Assembly (NCBI RefSeq): GCF_009914755.1
Contig: NC_060936.1
Direction: 5' to 3' (one strand)
Source of the DNA: the human T2T-CHM13v2.0 reference genome, Homo sapiens
DNA: 64,000 bases
Under the pieces are notes generated by a model that did no database searches, was not told the origin of the DNA, and saw nothing but the letters and a program-made list of their open reading frames with translations. Below, piece after piece: positions 1 to 18,357 of the stretch. The first letter of the stretch is position 1. Each line of letters begins with the position of its first letter. The position numbers were made by a program, and so were the translations under genes.

Positions 1-403
1 TGTGGCACATATACACCATGGAATACTATGCAGCCATAAAAAATGATGAGTTCATGTCCTTTGTAGGGACATGGATGAAATTGGAAATCATCATTCTCAG
101 TAAACTATCGCAAGAACAAAAAACCAAACACCGCATATTCTCACTCATGGGTGGGAATTGAACAGTGAGATCACATGGACACGTGGAGGGGAATATCACA
201 CTCTGGGGACTGTGGTGGGGTGGGGGGAGCGGGGAGGGATAGCATTGGGAGATATACCTAAGGCTAGATGACGAGTTAGTGGGTGCAGCGCACCAGCATG
301 GCACATGTATACATATGTAACTAACCTGCACAATGTGCACATGTACCCTAAAACTTAAAGTATAATAAAAAAGAAATAAAAATAAAATAAAATAAAATAA
401 AAA
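1..403 (+). mobile_element. L1PA2-like LINE-1 3' end (ORF2 C-terminus, 3' UTR, polyA/(AAAAT)n tail); continues upstream of the window
   Basis: Near-perfect young L1 3' UTR. GATGACGAGTTAGTGGG has GAG at the ACA/ACG/GAG diagnostic site and ACTTAAAGTATAAT is present, so it is not L1HS-Ta. G-rich tract at ~211-238; A-rich tail 365-403. Confidence 0.9.
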
Positions 404-5390
<4,987 letters not shown>

Positions 5391-8300
5391 ATGTAGAAAT
5401 ATTTCAAATAATCTAATGAGGCACCTCGAGTAATTAGAAAAGCAAGAACAAACCAAACCTCAAATTATCAAAAGTAAATAAATAATAAAGATCTGAGTAG
5501 AACTAAATGAAATAAAGAAATATGAAGGATAACAAAAAGTTGGTTTTTTGAAGAGATAAGCAAAATCAATAAACCACCAGCTAGACTAATCAAGAAAAGA
5601 CCCAAATAAAATCAGAAACACAAAAGGATACATTGCAACTCATACCACAGAAATACATATGATCATCAGAGAATATAATGAACAACTATATGCTAACAAA
5701 CTGGAAAACCTGGAGGAAATAGATAAATTCGTGAACACATACAACCTATCAAAATTGAATCAGAAACAAATAGAAAACCTGAACAGACCAGAAAGGAGTA
5801 ATGAAATTGAATCAGCTAGACAGTCTCCCAACAAAGAAAAGGCTGGGACCAGATGGATTTACTGCTGAATTTTACCAAACTTACAAAGAAGAACTAAAAT
5901 CAATTCTCCTCAAACTATTCCAAAAAATTGAAGAGATGGGAATTCTTCCTAACTCATTCTATAAGACCAGTATTACCATAATACGAAAGCCAGACAAAGA
6001 TGCAACCAAAACAGAAAACTTCAGGCCAATATCCTTGATGAACATAGAAAAATCCATAACTAAATCCATAACTAAATTCTAGCAAACCAAATCCAAGAGT
6101 ACATTAAAAAGATAACACAATACTACCAAGTGAAATTTATCCCAGGGATGCAAAGATGGTTCAACATATGCAAATCAATAAATGTGATACATCACAACAA
6201 CCAAATGCAGGGCAAAAATCACATGATCATTTCAATACATGCAGAAGAAGCATTTAATAAAATTCAACATTACTTCGTGATAAAAACTCTCAACAAATTA
6301 GCCATAGAAGAAACATACCTCAATAAATAAGGCCATATATGACAAACACACAGCTAACATACTGAATGGTGAAAAGCTGAAAGCCTTTCTTCTAAATACT
6401 GAAACAAGATAAGGATGCCCACTTTCACCACTTCTATTCAACATAATACTGGAAACCCTAGCCAGAGCAATCACGCAAAAGACAGAAATAAAAAGCATCC
6501 AAATCAGAAAAAAAGGAAATCACGTTGTTTCTCTTCAGATGAATTGATCTTAAATCTTAAAAAACCTAAACGCTCTACCAAAAAACTCTTGGATCTGATA
6601 AATACACTCAATAAAGTCGCAGGATACAAAATCAACATATAAAAATCAGTAGTATTTGTATACACCAATAATGAGTTAGCTGAGAATTAAGTCAAGAAGG
6701 CAATCTCAGCTGGGCACATGGCTTATACCTGCAATCCCGGCTAGTAAGAAGGTTGAAGCGGCAGGATTGCTTGAGGCTAGGGGTTCAAGACCAGCCTGAG
6801 CAACATAGTAAGACCCCCCCATGTATTAAAAAAAATTGAGAAAACAAAAAGTAAATAAAAATTTAAAAGAATGTAATCCTATTTACAATAGCCATAAAAA
6901 ATTACTTGGGAATATATTTAACCAAGGAGGTGAAAGACATCTATAAAACACTTCTGAAAAACATTAAAGAGGAGGCAAGCAAATGGAAAAACATCCCATG
7001 CTCACAGATAAGAAAAACTAATATTGTTTAATTACCTTACTACCCAAAGCAATATACAGATTCAGTGCAATCTCTATCAAAATAACAATGTCATTTTAAC
7101 AGAAATAGAAAAAACAATCCTAAAATGTGTATGGAACTGAATAAAAGCTTGAACGGCCAAGAAATTCTTAGCAAAAAGAACAAAATTGGAGGCATCACAT
7201 TACCTGTCTTCCGAATACATTAAAAGTCTATCATAACCAAAACAACATGGCATTGGTATGAAAACTAACTAAAACAGCATGGTATTAGTATAAAAACAAT
7301 ACATAGACCAATGAAACAGAATAGAGAACACAGAAATAAATCCACATATATACAGCCAACTGATTTTTGACAAAGGTGCCAAGAACACACATTGGGGAAA
7401 AGACACTTTGTTCAATAAACGTGCTAGGGAAATGGGCTATCCATATGCAGAAGAATAAAAATGGACCCCTATCTCTTAGCACATACAAAACCCAACTCAA
7501 GATGGATTAAGACTTAAATTTAAGACCCAAAACTAAAAATACCAGAAGAAAACATAGGAAAAACACTTCAGGACATTGGTCTAGGCAAAGATTTTATGAC
7601 TAAGACTTCAAAAGCCCAGGCAAGAGAAACAAAGGTAGATGAAATGAACTATATTAAGCTAAAAGGCTTCTGCACAGCAAAGGAAACAATCAACAGAGTG
7701 AAGAGGGAGGATTAATGGGAGGAAATATTTGCAAACTATTCATATGAAAAGTGACTAATATCCAAAAAATATAAGAAACTCAAACAAATCACTATGTAAA
7801 AACCAAACAACCAACAACTCTTGTCCATTAAAAAGTGGGCAAAGGACATGCATAGACATTTCTCAAAAGAATACATACAAATAGCCAGCAGGTATATGAA
7901 AAAAAAAATAAAGATGTGGAATCAACCTAAGTATCCATCAATGGATAAATGGATAAAGAAAAAGTGGTGTATATGTATATATATACAATGGAATACTGTA
8001 TGGTCATGAAAAGAATAAAAAAGAATGAAGTCCTGTCATTTGCTGCAATATGGATGGAACTGGAGGTCATTATGTTAAGTGAAATAAGCCAGGCACAGAA
8101 AGACAAATATTGCATGTTCTCATTCATATGTGGATGCTAAAAAAGTTGATCTCATGGAGGCAGAGAGTAGAATGACAGATATCAGTGTCTGGGAAGGGTC
8201 AAGTGGGGAATTGAAGAGAGATTCCTTAATGTGTACAAACATATGGGACAGAAGAAATGAATTCCAATGTTTGGTAGCAGAGTAGGATGACTATAATTAA

Positions 8301-8492
8301 CAACAATGATTCATATATTTCAAAATAGCTAGAAAAGAGGACTTGAAATGCTCTCAACACATAGAAATAATAAATACTTGAGTGATGGATACCCTAAATA
8401 TCCTGACTTGATCATTACACATTCTATGCACGTAGCAAAAATTATATGTACCCCATAAATGTATGAATATTATGTATCAATAAAAAATAAAA
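5391..8492 (+). mobile_element. Old LINE-1 (L1MA4-like) ORF2 3' part and 3' UTR
   Basis: ORF fragments 5659..6642 translate as L1 ORF2 ([27 protein letters not shown]). 3' UTR has ATTTCAAAATAGCTAGAA...GACTTGATCATTACACATTC and ends in an A tail at ~8480-8492. Confidence 0.85.
6709..6866 (+). mobile_element. Alu monomer (FLAM-like) inserted in L1
   Basis: Single Alu arm ending GACCAGCCTGAGCAACATAGTAAGACCCC plus A-rich tail; degenerate TSD AAGAAGGCAATC / AAGAATGTAATC. Confidence 0.75.
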
Positions 8493-9007
8493 TATGAATC
8501 CCTTACCTAGAGAGAATAACTCAGCAAGCAGGTTAGGAGGATCCTTCTAGGGGCTCCCCACAAAAACTCTTTGTGTTGCTATCCTTCCAGTTAGAACATT
8601 ATATGGTCTTCATCTGTTTGTGTATCTGCTTATCTGGTCCATGGAGAGTGCTGGGGTCCTTTCTTATTCATTTTCATCTATGATATATTCAGCACACAGG
8701 TGGTTCTTATAACATTAATTGAATAGAATCAAGCTGAAAATGAGCTGGCAACTCCTGTTCTCTGTTTGCTACACTCTAGCCTGTTGATTGTTCTGTTCAT
8801 TTTGTTATACCGTGTTGAGTATATAATCAATATTTGAAAGCATCGTCTTACAAAAATTCAAGAAAAAATATAAAGAGTAAAAGACACAAGTCTAGGTGTA
8901 TTTCTCCCATTCCACCTCGTATTCCCACTCCCCTGCCAGAGGTTGCCACTATTATCAGTTATATCAGTTAAGTTTGTTTTCTCTCAGAGGTTCTCTTTGC
9001 ATTTACA

Positions 9008-9243
9008 AATATATATATTATATATGTATACGTGTGTATATATATGTATGTGTGTATATACATACACACATGTGTATATATGTGTGTATATACATACACA
9101 CATGTGTATATATGTGTATTGTGTATATACATATACACATGTGTATATATGTGTATATGTGTGTATATGTATGTGTGTATACATATACTAAATATATATA
9201 TATACTAAATATATATATATACACACACACACAAACACACACG
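9008..9243. repeat. Compound (TA)/(TG)/(CA) alternating purine-pyrimidine tract with a 32-bp higher-order unit
   Basis: Seen directly; unit GTGTATATACATACACACATGTGTATATATGT at 9052-9083, 9084-9115 and 9121-9152 (third copy has 1 mismatch). Confidence 0.95.
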
Positions 9244-9506
9244 AAGAAATATGCCATTTTGTTTTCTGATTCTGCATTTTGCTTTTATCACAATGTTTTG
9301 GGCATTCCATGTCAGTGCATATAACCTATTAATTTTTTTAACTATTACAGCAGTTCATAGAGACTAGGTAGGGAACTGGGATCTGTTTAAATTTTTTAAA
9401 AGGAACATATTAAAGGATATTAGCCAGTTCACAGAATTTGTGACAGGGCACGAGAACTAGAGCCAGAAGCCACCACACAGCCAGGAACCATGGCCAATCA
9501 CACTAT

Positions 9507-10366
9507 GGAAACAGGAAAAGTTCCCTTGTCCCCCTTACAGGGTGAGCGATGTGGGAGTGGCTCACTTCTTCGTGCCCCCCTGCTCAAAACCCTTAACTGG
9601 AGCAGGCACACAAACAGGAAAGCATGGGCTCTGACTCCTCGGCAGCATCTAGGGGTGAATGTTTAGAGCTCCTGAACCCCAGTGGGCGTGTGTTACAGTG
9701 TGCTCTTTCAGTTTTGCATTAATTTGGCTTGCATTAATTTCGGCTTGCATTAATCAGCTCAATTAGACTTGGTGCCTCATCGCAAGGACAGAGGGCTTTC
9801 TGTATCTTGGGGCTCTTGCCTTGGTGTACTGGAAAAATCGGATCACACGTGGGCTTGGAGAATGAGTGGAAGGTTTTACTGAATGGTGGAAGTAGCTCTC
9901 AGCAGATGGATGGGGAGCTAGAAGGGGTATGGAGAGGGAAGGTGACTTTCCCCTGGAGTCGGGCTGCTCAGCAGCTGGACTCTCCTCTGACCACCCTGGC
10001 CAAATTCCCCTTGGCGTCCACGTTGTTCCGCTAGTCAATGGCCTGCCGGCGTCTGCCGGTGTCTGTTGTTGTGCTTTTCCACTCCTCTGTTCCTCTCCAC
10101 GTCCAGCCGCCTGTGCGTTCTTCTGCCGGTGTGTTCCTCTTGATGTCCAGCTGCTTAAGTGTGTGCCTCCTAGGGTCTCCGGCTTTTTACGGGCACAGGA
10201 TTGGGGGTGTGGCAGGCCACGGTGGTCTTGGAAAATGCAACTCTTGGGCATGAAAACAGGAGTGCCTGTGTTCGTCTAGGTCTGTGGGTACAGGCCCGAG
10301 GGTGAAGCCCTTGCCTGGGACCCTGCCTTTCACTACCCAGCACTTCCCTACCCCCCTCCCGTATCT
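9507..10366 (-). mobile_element. Solo ERV1 LTR (LTR1/LTR27/MER52-type family)
   Basis: Minus strand starts (A)GATACGGGAGGGGGGTAGGGAAGTGCTGGGTAG and ends GGGAACTTTTCCTGTTTC; 4-bp TSD CTAT at 9503-9506 and 10367-10370; GC-rich relative to flanks. Confidence 0.8.
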
Positions 10367-11057
10367 CTATGTGCATATGTGTTTGGGGATGGGGTTAGGG
10401 AGGTGGCAGGGATTTCTGTAGCAAAGACCCACTGTCACTACTTTCCAGTCCCAGTGGTGCTGAATTCCCAGAGCTTCTCCACTGTCACACTGAAGAATGC
10501 AGATGTCTCTGCCCCACATTTGCTAGAACATTGCTTTCCTCCTGCAGTCTTCTCCTCTGGCTTTATTGTTGCCATCATGGTCACTTTCCACTCTCAAGGG
10601 GCCAAAGCAAGAGAGTGAGCTTTGGGAGAATATCAAATCTAAGGTCGCCAAAATAAGTCATGGAAATGTAGTGGTATATAGTAGCAATAACCAGTTAAGC
10701 CTTAAATAGAGTAGATCCCTTCACAATGGCAAAAAAAAAACTGTGAAACAAGTAGGAACAGATCACTCAATTAGAATCCTAGATTCTGGTATTCAGATTC
10801 CATATGGTGGCAAAGAGGGGTAGAGTCAGTGGAGTTTGTCTTCCTTTGTTGTTGTGCCAGAGAAGGTGAAATGCAATTCCACTTCAGTACCTCTCACGGG
10901 CACTAAAATTTACTGACAGAATCGTAATTAAAATAACAGGTGTGCTCTTGAATTAATTAAGTGCTCACTTTTATAGATGATATACTGCAACATAGAGCTT
11001 ATTTTACTGTCTAACTACTCATCCTGAGTATCCCTCTACTAACCTCCACTCCACTTG

Positions 11058-11058
<1 letters not shown>

Positions 11059-11092
<34 letters not shown>
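11059..11092. repeat. (AC)17 microsatellite
   Basis: Seen directly. Confidence 0.98.
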
Positions 11093-11094
<2 letters not shown>

Positions 11095-11639
11095 CTCTTC
11101 CAATGTGACAATATGAATAATACCTCAGTTTTAAGAAACAGTTTTTAATCACTTCCCATTAGCATATTACATTTATAGAGATAATATTTTCTGAATCAAA
11201 ACTCGCATGCATGCTTTAAGTAAAAAACATTGAGGAGGTTTTCTCGGCTTCTTTGGCCTTCCTCTCCCACAGCCTTGAGTTCAGTAATTTGGTGAGGATG
11301 TTTTGTTCTGAGTGTATTTTGCTGTGATATATATACCTTTAACTCATGTTCACTTAAAAAAAAAACACCTGTTCCAATCTAGATGTGGACCTTTGGCAAG
11401 TACTTGGAATCTCCTAGTCTCTTGGAGACTAAGAAAATGTGAAAAGAAATTGGGAGGGAATGGGGAGAATAAGAGAGTTGAGTGAGTTAATACATAAGAC
11501 AACATTTTTGGGAAAGAGTAAACTAAGCTGTCCAAATACAAATTATTTCTCTTTAAGCTGGAAAACTGTTTTGTTGTTATTGTATCCAGTGGTCTTCATT
11601 GCCTAGCCCAGGGCCTATAATAGAGGCACAGCTGAATAC

Positions 11640-11780
11640 TAACAGCCACAGCAGCAAATGATATTTACCACAAACTTTTGTATGTGGCACTGGGCTAGGC
11701 ATATGCACTATCTCACTTTAAGCTGAAATTTCCTTTTGTGTAGGTATTATTGTAATCTATATTTTATAGATAAAAAATGA
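11640..11780 (-). mobile_element. MIR fragment
   Basis: GGCACTGGGCTAGGC...GTAGGTATTATT...ATTTTATAGAT resembles the reverse MIR core. Confidence 0.55.
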
Positions 11781-13469
11781 TGGCTTATTTATTAAATTAA
11801 AATTCCAAACACACAGAAACACCCAACAAACTCTTCCAAAGAGAGTCTCTCTTTCTATTGGTGCTTGAAATTGCACAATTAGAGAGTGCTTGATTTGACA
11901 TGAAACTTTGTTGCTTCTTAAGATGCAGAAACTTTGGGAAGGGAATGGCACAGTTGTGTCTCCTGAGTGCAAGCAGGCTTATCAGATCTTCTAAAAGCCA
12001 GGTTTGATAAAAGGAGGACAGAGACTGTAAGAGACTAAAGAGTCCCTCAGAGCGGGAAAGAGAGATTGCGTCTGAGAAAATTTGGGGTTTGATAAAGAAA
12101 TAGATTTTTCCTAGAGCTCCTTGATCAAATAATCAGACCCACTAGCAGAAACAAGATGAGAGAACAGGAAGGGGCCCAGAAAGTGGGCTGAGCTGGGCAG
12201 AGAGGCCAGCTATTGAGATCTCTGTGGGATAGAGACAAAATGCAGAAGAAACAACAAAGACAGAGACACACGCAGCTGCTGTACAAGCCAACAGACTCAT
12301 TGCATGCCCACAATTACACGTCCGTCTCTGAGGCACAGACATCAGAGGCCTCATTCCCTCAGCTTGTTAGGTACCTAGGTCCTTGGTTCCCGCTCACAGA
12401 AAAATATTTCCCTTTCCTCTGATTCCTGCTGTCTTCCTACTATCTGTCACATAGCCGGCCTGAAAACAGGCTTGAGGTGGTAGGCCAAGTTCCATACAGG
12501 AGTTTATTTACTCATGTGCTAGGCCACCCTCTGGCAACTGATCTGCCTAATGAGAGAAGCACAGTTAAAACAAGTTCCCTCATGAATAACAGTGAGGAGG
12601 AGCAGGCTCACCTTGTTCAGCACACTACCTGTGAGGCCAGATGGGTGGGAGGAGTTCCTCTCTGGCCCAAGCTTCCCATGAAAAAGGCTTCCATTTCCTA
12701 TTAAGGTTACGTACTTTATCAGAAAGCTACACTGTCAGGTCTGAAAGAAGGGAATACTCATCATATATTAATACTTTAAACTGAGAAAACTACATCACAG
12801 GTATTCATTTCTTAAAAAAGAAAATCTAGAAGTTTCTTGCAAAGAACATAATTACATTGTCCCTGTTTTGAAGTTAAGACTATTAATTTGTTCCATGTAA
12901 ATAATTAAAATATGCCACAGTATTAAAAATCTTGTTTTGGCATTTTTTCATTTCTTACACAAAGAGCCTCTCTGAGAAGCCCAGCACATAGTTTGGCTGA
13001 CTTCACTTTCCATTTTAAAATTAAAGAAACAAAGATACTGGCTATTTGTTTGTTTACTATTCTTATCACTTAATGTTTGCTGTTGCTTCTTTTTTCAAGT
13101 TCAACAATTATTTTACCATTTTCCCTTTCCCATAGCTGTCCCAGGCCATTTTCACATCCCACTTGGTCTAGCCATGTTCTCACTCATTAACTAGAATGTA
13201 TACGTTTAACTAACTTTTTAATGCTCCCCAAACCTTTTCAGGGTTTAGAACTTTTCAGGGGCCTTTGGCCTATCTCACCCTAAGTCCTTACTCCATAGAC
13301 AATCTGGGGTTCTAATTTTCTCTCCTCCTACCTTGTTTCTCAAAGCTCCATTGGCACTCCTCCTCTAGAGCCTAGAGCCTAGGTATGGATGGGAAAGTTA
13401 TTTAACTTTGATTTGTTTTGCCAGTTGAAAAACCTCACAATGCTCAAAAGTAGAAGTTTTGTCCAATAC

Positions 13470-13537
13470 TTAGAAGCCATTATATCACTCTTCAGGAGGA
13501 ACATTAGAAGCCATTATATCACTCTTCAGGAGGAACA
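13470..13537. repeat. Perfect 34-bp tandem duplication
   Basis: TTAGAAGCCATTATATCACTCTTCAGGAGGAACA at 13470-13503 and 13504-13537. Confidence 0.97.
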
Positions 13538-14129
13538 GCCTGCATAAGTTGATTGATAGCAGCTGTTGCTAAATTGAGTGTGAGAATACACAGCCCATCT
13601 GGAAGGCATTTTAGGAACCCTGCAGGAAAAATGGTACAGCTATGAAAAAGGAGGAACTGAGACAGAGAGTTGGAACCTCAGGCTGTCTCCAGAGTGAGTC
13701 CTTATGGTGAGAGAGCCTCAAAGCTACAAGATTTTACATCTCAGAAAGATTTGTGGGACTATAAAAAGCTAAATATCTGTATTCTAATTAGCTGCTGACA
13801 ATATAGCTGGACTAGGTAAGAGAGAAAAATGGCCTGGATGAGCACTTAGTGGGAGAAGATAAATAATAAAATATTTGTAGATCTTGAAAGAAGAGGAGAT
13901 ATTAAAAGTTAAATGAGGAGTAAATCAACAAGTGGTAGTTTTCCCTACTATCCTAATTTTAAAGTGAACAACTAAGTGAGCCAAAGTCTGCGGGGCTTCT
14001 CGGAGAGGCTCTTTGAATAGAAAAGTGAAACAATGCTAAAACAAGATTTCAAAAAGTGTAGCGTACTGTATTTTCTACATTTAACAAATGCAAACCTAAA
14101 CGGGATGACTGCCTTCAAAAAAAGATTAA

Positions 14130-16740
14130 GGAGGAAACAGTCTCATAACATTAAATCCAAAATATCGGGGTACAATTGAAATCATTCATCATACAAATAA
14201 CCAAAAAAATCTCAACTTGAATTAGAAAAGACAATCAACCTATGTCAACAAGAAAATACAGAGAGAGTGGAATTATCTGACAGGATTTTAAAGCAATTAT
14301 TGTAAAAATGCTTTAAAAAGCAATTGTGAATATACCTGAAATGCATTAAAAGACAGAAAGTCTCAGAAAAGAAACAGAAGATGTAAAGAAGAATAAAATG
14401 GAGACTTTAGAACTGAAAAAACACAATTTAAAAAACTCTCACTGGATGAACTCAGTAGCAGAATGAATAGGACATAAAAAAAAATCTGAGAACTTGAAGT
14501 TAGAAAAATAGAAATCACCCAATCTAAACAATGGAAAGAAAATTGAATGAAAAAAAAAAAATGAACAGAGCACGAGTGACCTAGAACACAGTAATGACGG
14601 ATTTAACATTCATACATTGGATTTCTGGAAAGAGAGGAGAAAGAGTCTGGGGAAGAAAATGTATTCAAGTAAATAATGGCTAAAAGCTCCCCAGATCTGG
14701 TGAAATTTAATAAGGTAAGTGAGCCTTAAATGTGGTAAATCTCAAAAAGTTCATGCCTAGACACATTTTAATCACACTTTAGACAACTGAAGACCAAACA
14801 ACAACAACCACCACCACCAACCAACCAAACAAAAAAACACCGTGAAAGTAGCTGGAGAGAAATGAAGCACTACTTGCAGAGGAGCAAGGATTCAAATGAC
14901 AGTACGTTTCTTGTCAGAAACCACAAAGGCCAGAAAGAAATGATACACATTGTTCAAGCGTTAAAAGAAAAGAACCCTTAACCCAGAATCTTCTTTCAAG
15001 TGAAAATATCCTTCAGGAAAATAAGTAGGAAATCAAAAGACATTCCCAGGTGAAGGAAAACTAAGAGATTTTTGTTCCCAGTAGAACTACCCTAAATTTA
15101 AAAAAAGTTTTTCAAACATAAAGGAGATAAAAGAAGGGAAAATTAAGAATGAAGAAACAACAATGTAAAGTATAAACATGTGGGTAAATAGAATAGCCTT
15201 GAAGCAAAATTTTAACATTACCTGATGTGATTCTCAGTGTATATAAAAGAAATATTTAAAATAATTATATTATAAAGGGGGAAGAGTAAAGGAACCTAAG
15301 TGAAGGTAATGTTTCTATACTTTCCTCAAACTGGCAAAATGTTGACACAAAAAGACTGTGATAAGTTACATATGTATAATGTAATACCTAGAGCAACCTT
15401 TAAAATATCTATATAAAAAGATACACTCTAAAACTACAGATAAATCAAAATAGAATTCTAAAAAAAGTTCTAGTAGCCTGCAGTAAGACAAGAAACATAA
15501 AACAGAGGAATGAAAAACAGAGAACAAACAAAAAAACAAAAAATAAAATGACATACTTAAGCCCTAACCAATTAATAATTACATTAAATGTAATTATTTG
15601 GCCTACATATAGCAATTAAAATACAATGGTTGGCAGAATAGAATGGACAAAAACCAGCTGAACAAAAACTATCACCCAGCTCATATGCTATATATAAGGA
15701 ATTCACTTCAAGTATAATGATATAGATAGATTGAAAGTAAAAGAATGGGAAAAATACACCATGTAAATATTAATTTAGACAAAGCAAGAAGAGCTATATT
15801 AGTTCAGATAAAGTCAACTTTAGAGAAAATAAAATTAGCAGTGACAAACAGGGACATAATGATAAAAGGGTCAATCCATCAAGAAGACATAACAAGCCTA
15901 TGTATATATGCACCAAGCAACAGAGCTTCAAAACACATTAAGAAGAAACTAATCAATCTGAAAAGAGAAATAGATAAATCCACAATTATAGTTGAAGATA
16001 CCAAGACCCCTTTCTCAACAATTGATACAACTACTATACAGTAATTCAGCAAGGACATAGAAGAACTTAACAGCATCATTGACTAAGAAAATTTAATTGT
16101 TTAATTGACATTTACAGAACACTCCACTGAACAACAATAGAATATGCATTGTTTTCAAGTGCTCATGAAACATTCACCAGGATAGACCATACCTGGGGCC
16201 ATAAAACAAAAGTTAACAAATATAATAGAATTGAATCATACAAGATGTGTTCTTAAATGGAATCAAACTTTATGAACTAAATCAATAATAGAAAGATAAG
16301 CAAATTTCCAAATGTGGAAATAAAACAACACACTTGATAATTCATGAGTCAAAGGGTAAGTCTCAAGGGAAACAAAAAATACACAGAGTTGGATGAAAAC
16401 AAAAATACAACATATCACAATTTGTGGAACACATCTAAAGCAGTTATGGAAGAGAAACTCACATCCTCAAATGACTACATTAGAAAACAGGGAAGGTTTC
16501 ACACCAATAATCTATGATCCCGTCTTAAGAAATTAGGAGAAAAAATTTACCCAAAGCAAGCAGAAAGAAGGAAATAATAAAAATAAGAACAGAAAGCAAT
16601 GAAACCGAGAACAGAAAAATAATAAAGAAATAATAATAATGAAAAATAATAAATAATAATGAAACAAATCTTGTTCTTTGGAAAGATAAAGCAGACAAAG
16701 ATCTAGTTAGACTGACAAAGAAAAAAGGAAAGAAAAATAC
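14130..16740 (+). mobile_element. Ancient L1M (L1MC/L1MD-age) 5' portion: decayed ORF1, inter-ORF and ORF2 endonuclease, 3'-truncated
   Basis: ORF 15745..16044 has L1 EN motifs (IMIKGSIHQEDIT, IYAPSNRAS, KTPFS); A-rich ORF1-like sequence upstream (ACCCAGAAT...GTGAAAATATCCTTCAGG). Confidence 0.8.
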
Positions 16741-17559
16741 TATGTGAAAAAATTACAATGATATAGCCAAATTTATGCTAACAAGACATTAAATGCCTTG
16801 TTTACAGTATCAAGAAAGAATGAAAATAAATAATTAAGTACTCAATTTCAAAAGTTATAATCAACAATATTATAATTGATTAATAAACAGAATATATTAT
16901 GCATTATATCATAGGCTTCACCACTCTCTATTGTGTTATAGCCAGCCAGATCCATCCATTCATGTTATCAGCCTCATCACTGTAGGAATTTTATTTTTTA
17001 CCGCTGCATAGATCTAGTGCATTCCTTTATATATAGTATGTAGTAAGTGTTCAATAACTGTCACATGAACTAATTGACCACTAATTTCAAATAGCATAGC
17101 TCACCAATTAATTCTGCTACTAAGTAGGCAAATTAGACTTGGAGTCTGAAAAATAAAAACTAGTTTCTAAACCAGATTATTTTATTACCAAAAAATAATT
17201 TCTACCTTTCTATTTCTCTGTGATCTTTTCCAAGGCACATTTGTGGGGACCAAACATTATATTAAATGGAATAAAATACAGTCTTACTCCTGTTCCCCAC
17301 TGTTTTTTGATAACTCTTTTTATTCATTATGTTTATCATGATACTTAATACAGACAAATTCAACATGATCAAAGTCTTATACAAATCTTCACTAGAGTAT
17401 CTGTTTATATCATTGCCCTTTGGTCAAAATATAATTGACATGAATATTTAATTATGAGATTGCAAAGCTCAAGATGATATAGCAATTCACCATTTTTGGA
17501 AAACTTTCCAGGCTCATCTGGCTGAAGAAAATCATCCCGCTCTTTTCTCTTCCCAAAGT

Positions 17560-17730
17560 AATTTGTACATGTCTTTATACAACTTATATTATGCTATAAT
17601 ACTTGGCAATTATTTTCTGTCAACCTACTCCATAATGACCTCTTTATTTCCTAAGTATATAGCATAGTGCTTGACCATAATAAACATACAGTATCTGAAT
17701 AAGTGCACAAATGAATGAATTAAATGGATG
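17560..17730 (+). mobile_element. L2 3' end fragment
   Basis: TAGCATAGTGCTTGACCATAAT...AAATGAATGAAT tail. Confidence 0.55.
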
Positions 17731-18323
17731 ACTAAAAAGACTATTTTTGGCCTGAGAAAAAGTGTGACAGCATTTTTTTTTTTTCCATTTTATGATCTGT
17801 TCAGGTAGTGTATCTGCAAGGGCTGGGAATATCTACATATTTGTTATAGGGTAAAGCTTGTCAAACCGAAAAGGTAATGGAGTCATAAACCCTTTTAACA
17901 AACATGATATTTTAAAAGTTTGGTACACCTGAATCCTGTTTGGATTAATAGCAGGGACTCAGCTATTATTTTAGAGATATGTGACTGCCACACAAGTGCA
18001 TTGAGATGAATGTCTTCATTAAACTGAATTCTGTGGGAATTCATCACAAACAGTGAGAACCTCTTCAGATGTTCTCTATGTTATTAATGAAAAAGGTCAC
18101 TTCTAGCTTTGACAGGATGCACTCAACAAGGCTGTGAGAATACACTGGCAAATGTAAGGTTCACTATTTTCAGTGGTTGCTGGGAAAAATATGTGGTAGT
18201 TTTACAAATGATGTGGGCATTTGGTTTCAAAGTCAGTGAGAAAGGGAAAACCAAGCAGTCTCAGAACTGCTCTTGAATTCCTTAAACTACCCATGGTTTT
18301 CTGTAAATAATCCTCTACCATTA

Positions 18324-18357
18324 TACACACAACACACACACACACACACACACACAC
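18324..18357. repeat. (AC)n microsatellite, interrupted
   Basis: Seen directly. Confidence 0.95.

Noticed and set aside
8896-9324. Overlapping Y/I/C/V/H/T-rich ORFs
   Set aside because: They are translations of a dinucleotide repeat tract.
9763-10376. Cluster of 68-162 aa ORFs on both strands
   Set aside because: They lie inside a GC-rich solo LTR where stops are rare; no recognisable domain.
11273-11291. 19-nt micro-exon candidate after a strong pyrimidine tract
   Set aside because: Frame-shifting length and no gene context; untestable from sequence alone.
12612-12740. Minus-strand 129-nt exon-like block with plausible acceptor and donor
   Set aside because: Stops in all three frames and no supporting neighbouring exons; consistent with chance.
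13470-13537. CRISPR-like 34-bp repeat
   Set aside because: Only two abutting copies, no spacers, eukaryotic context.
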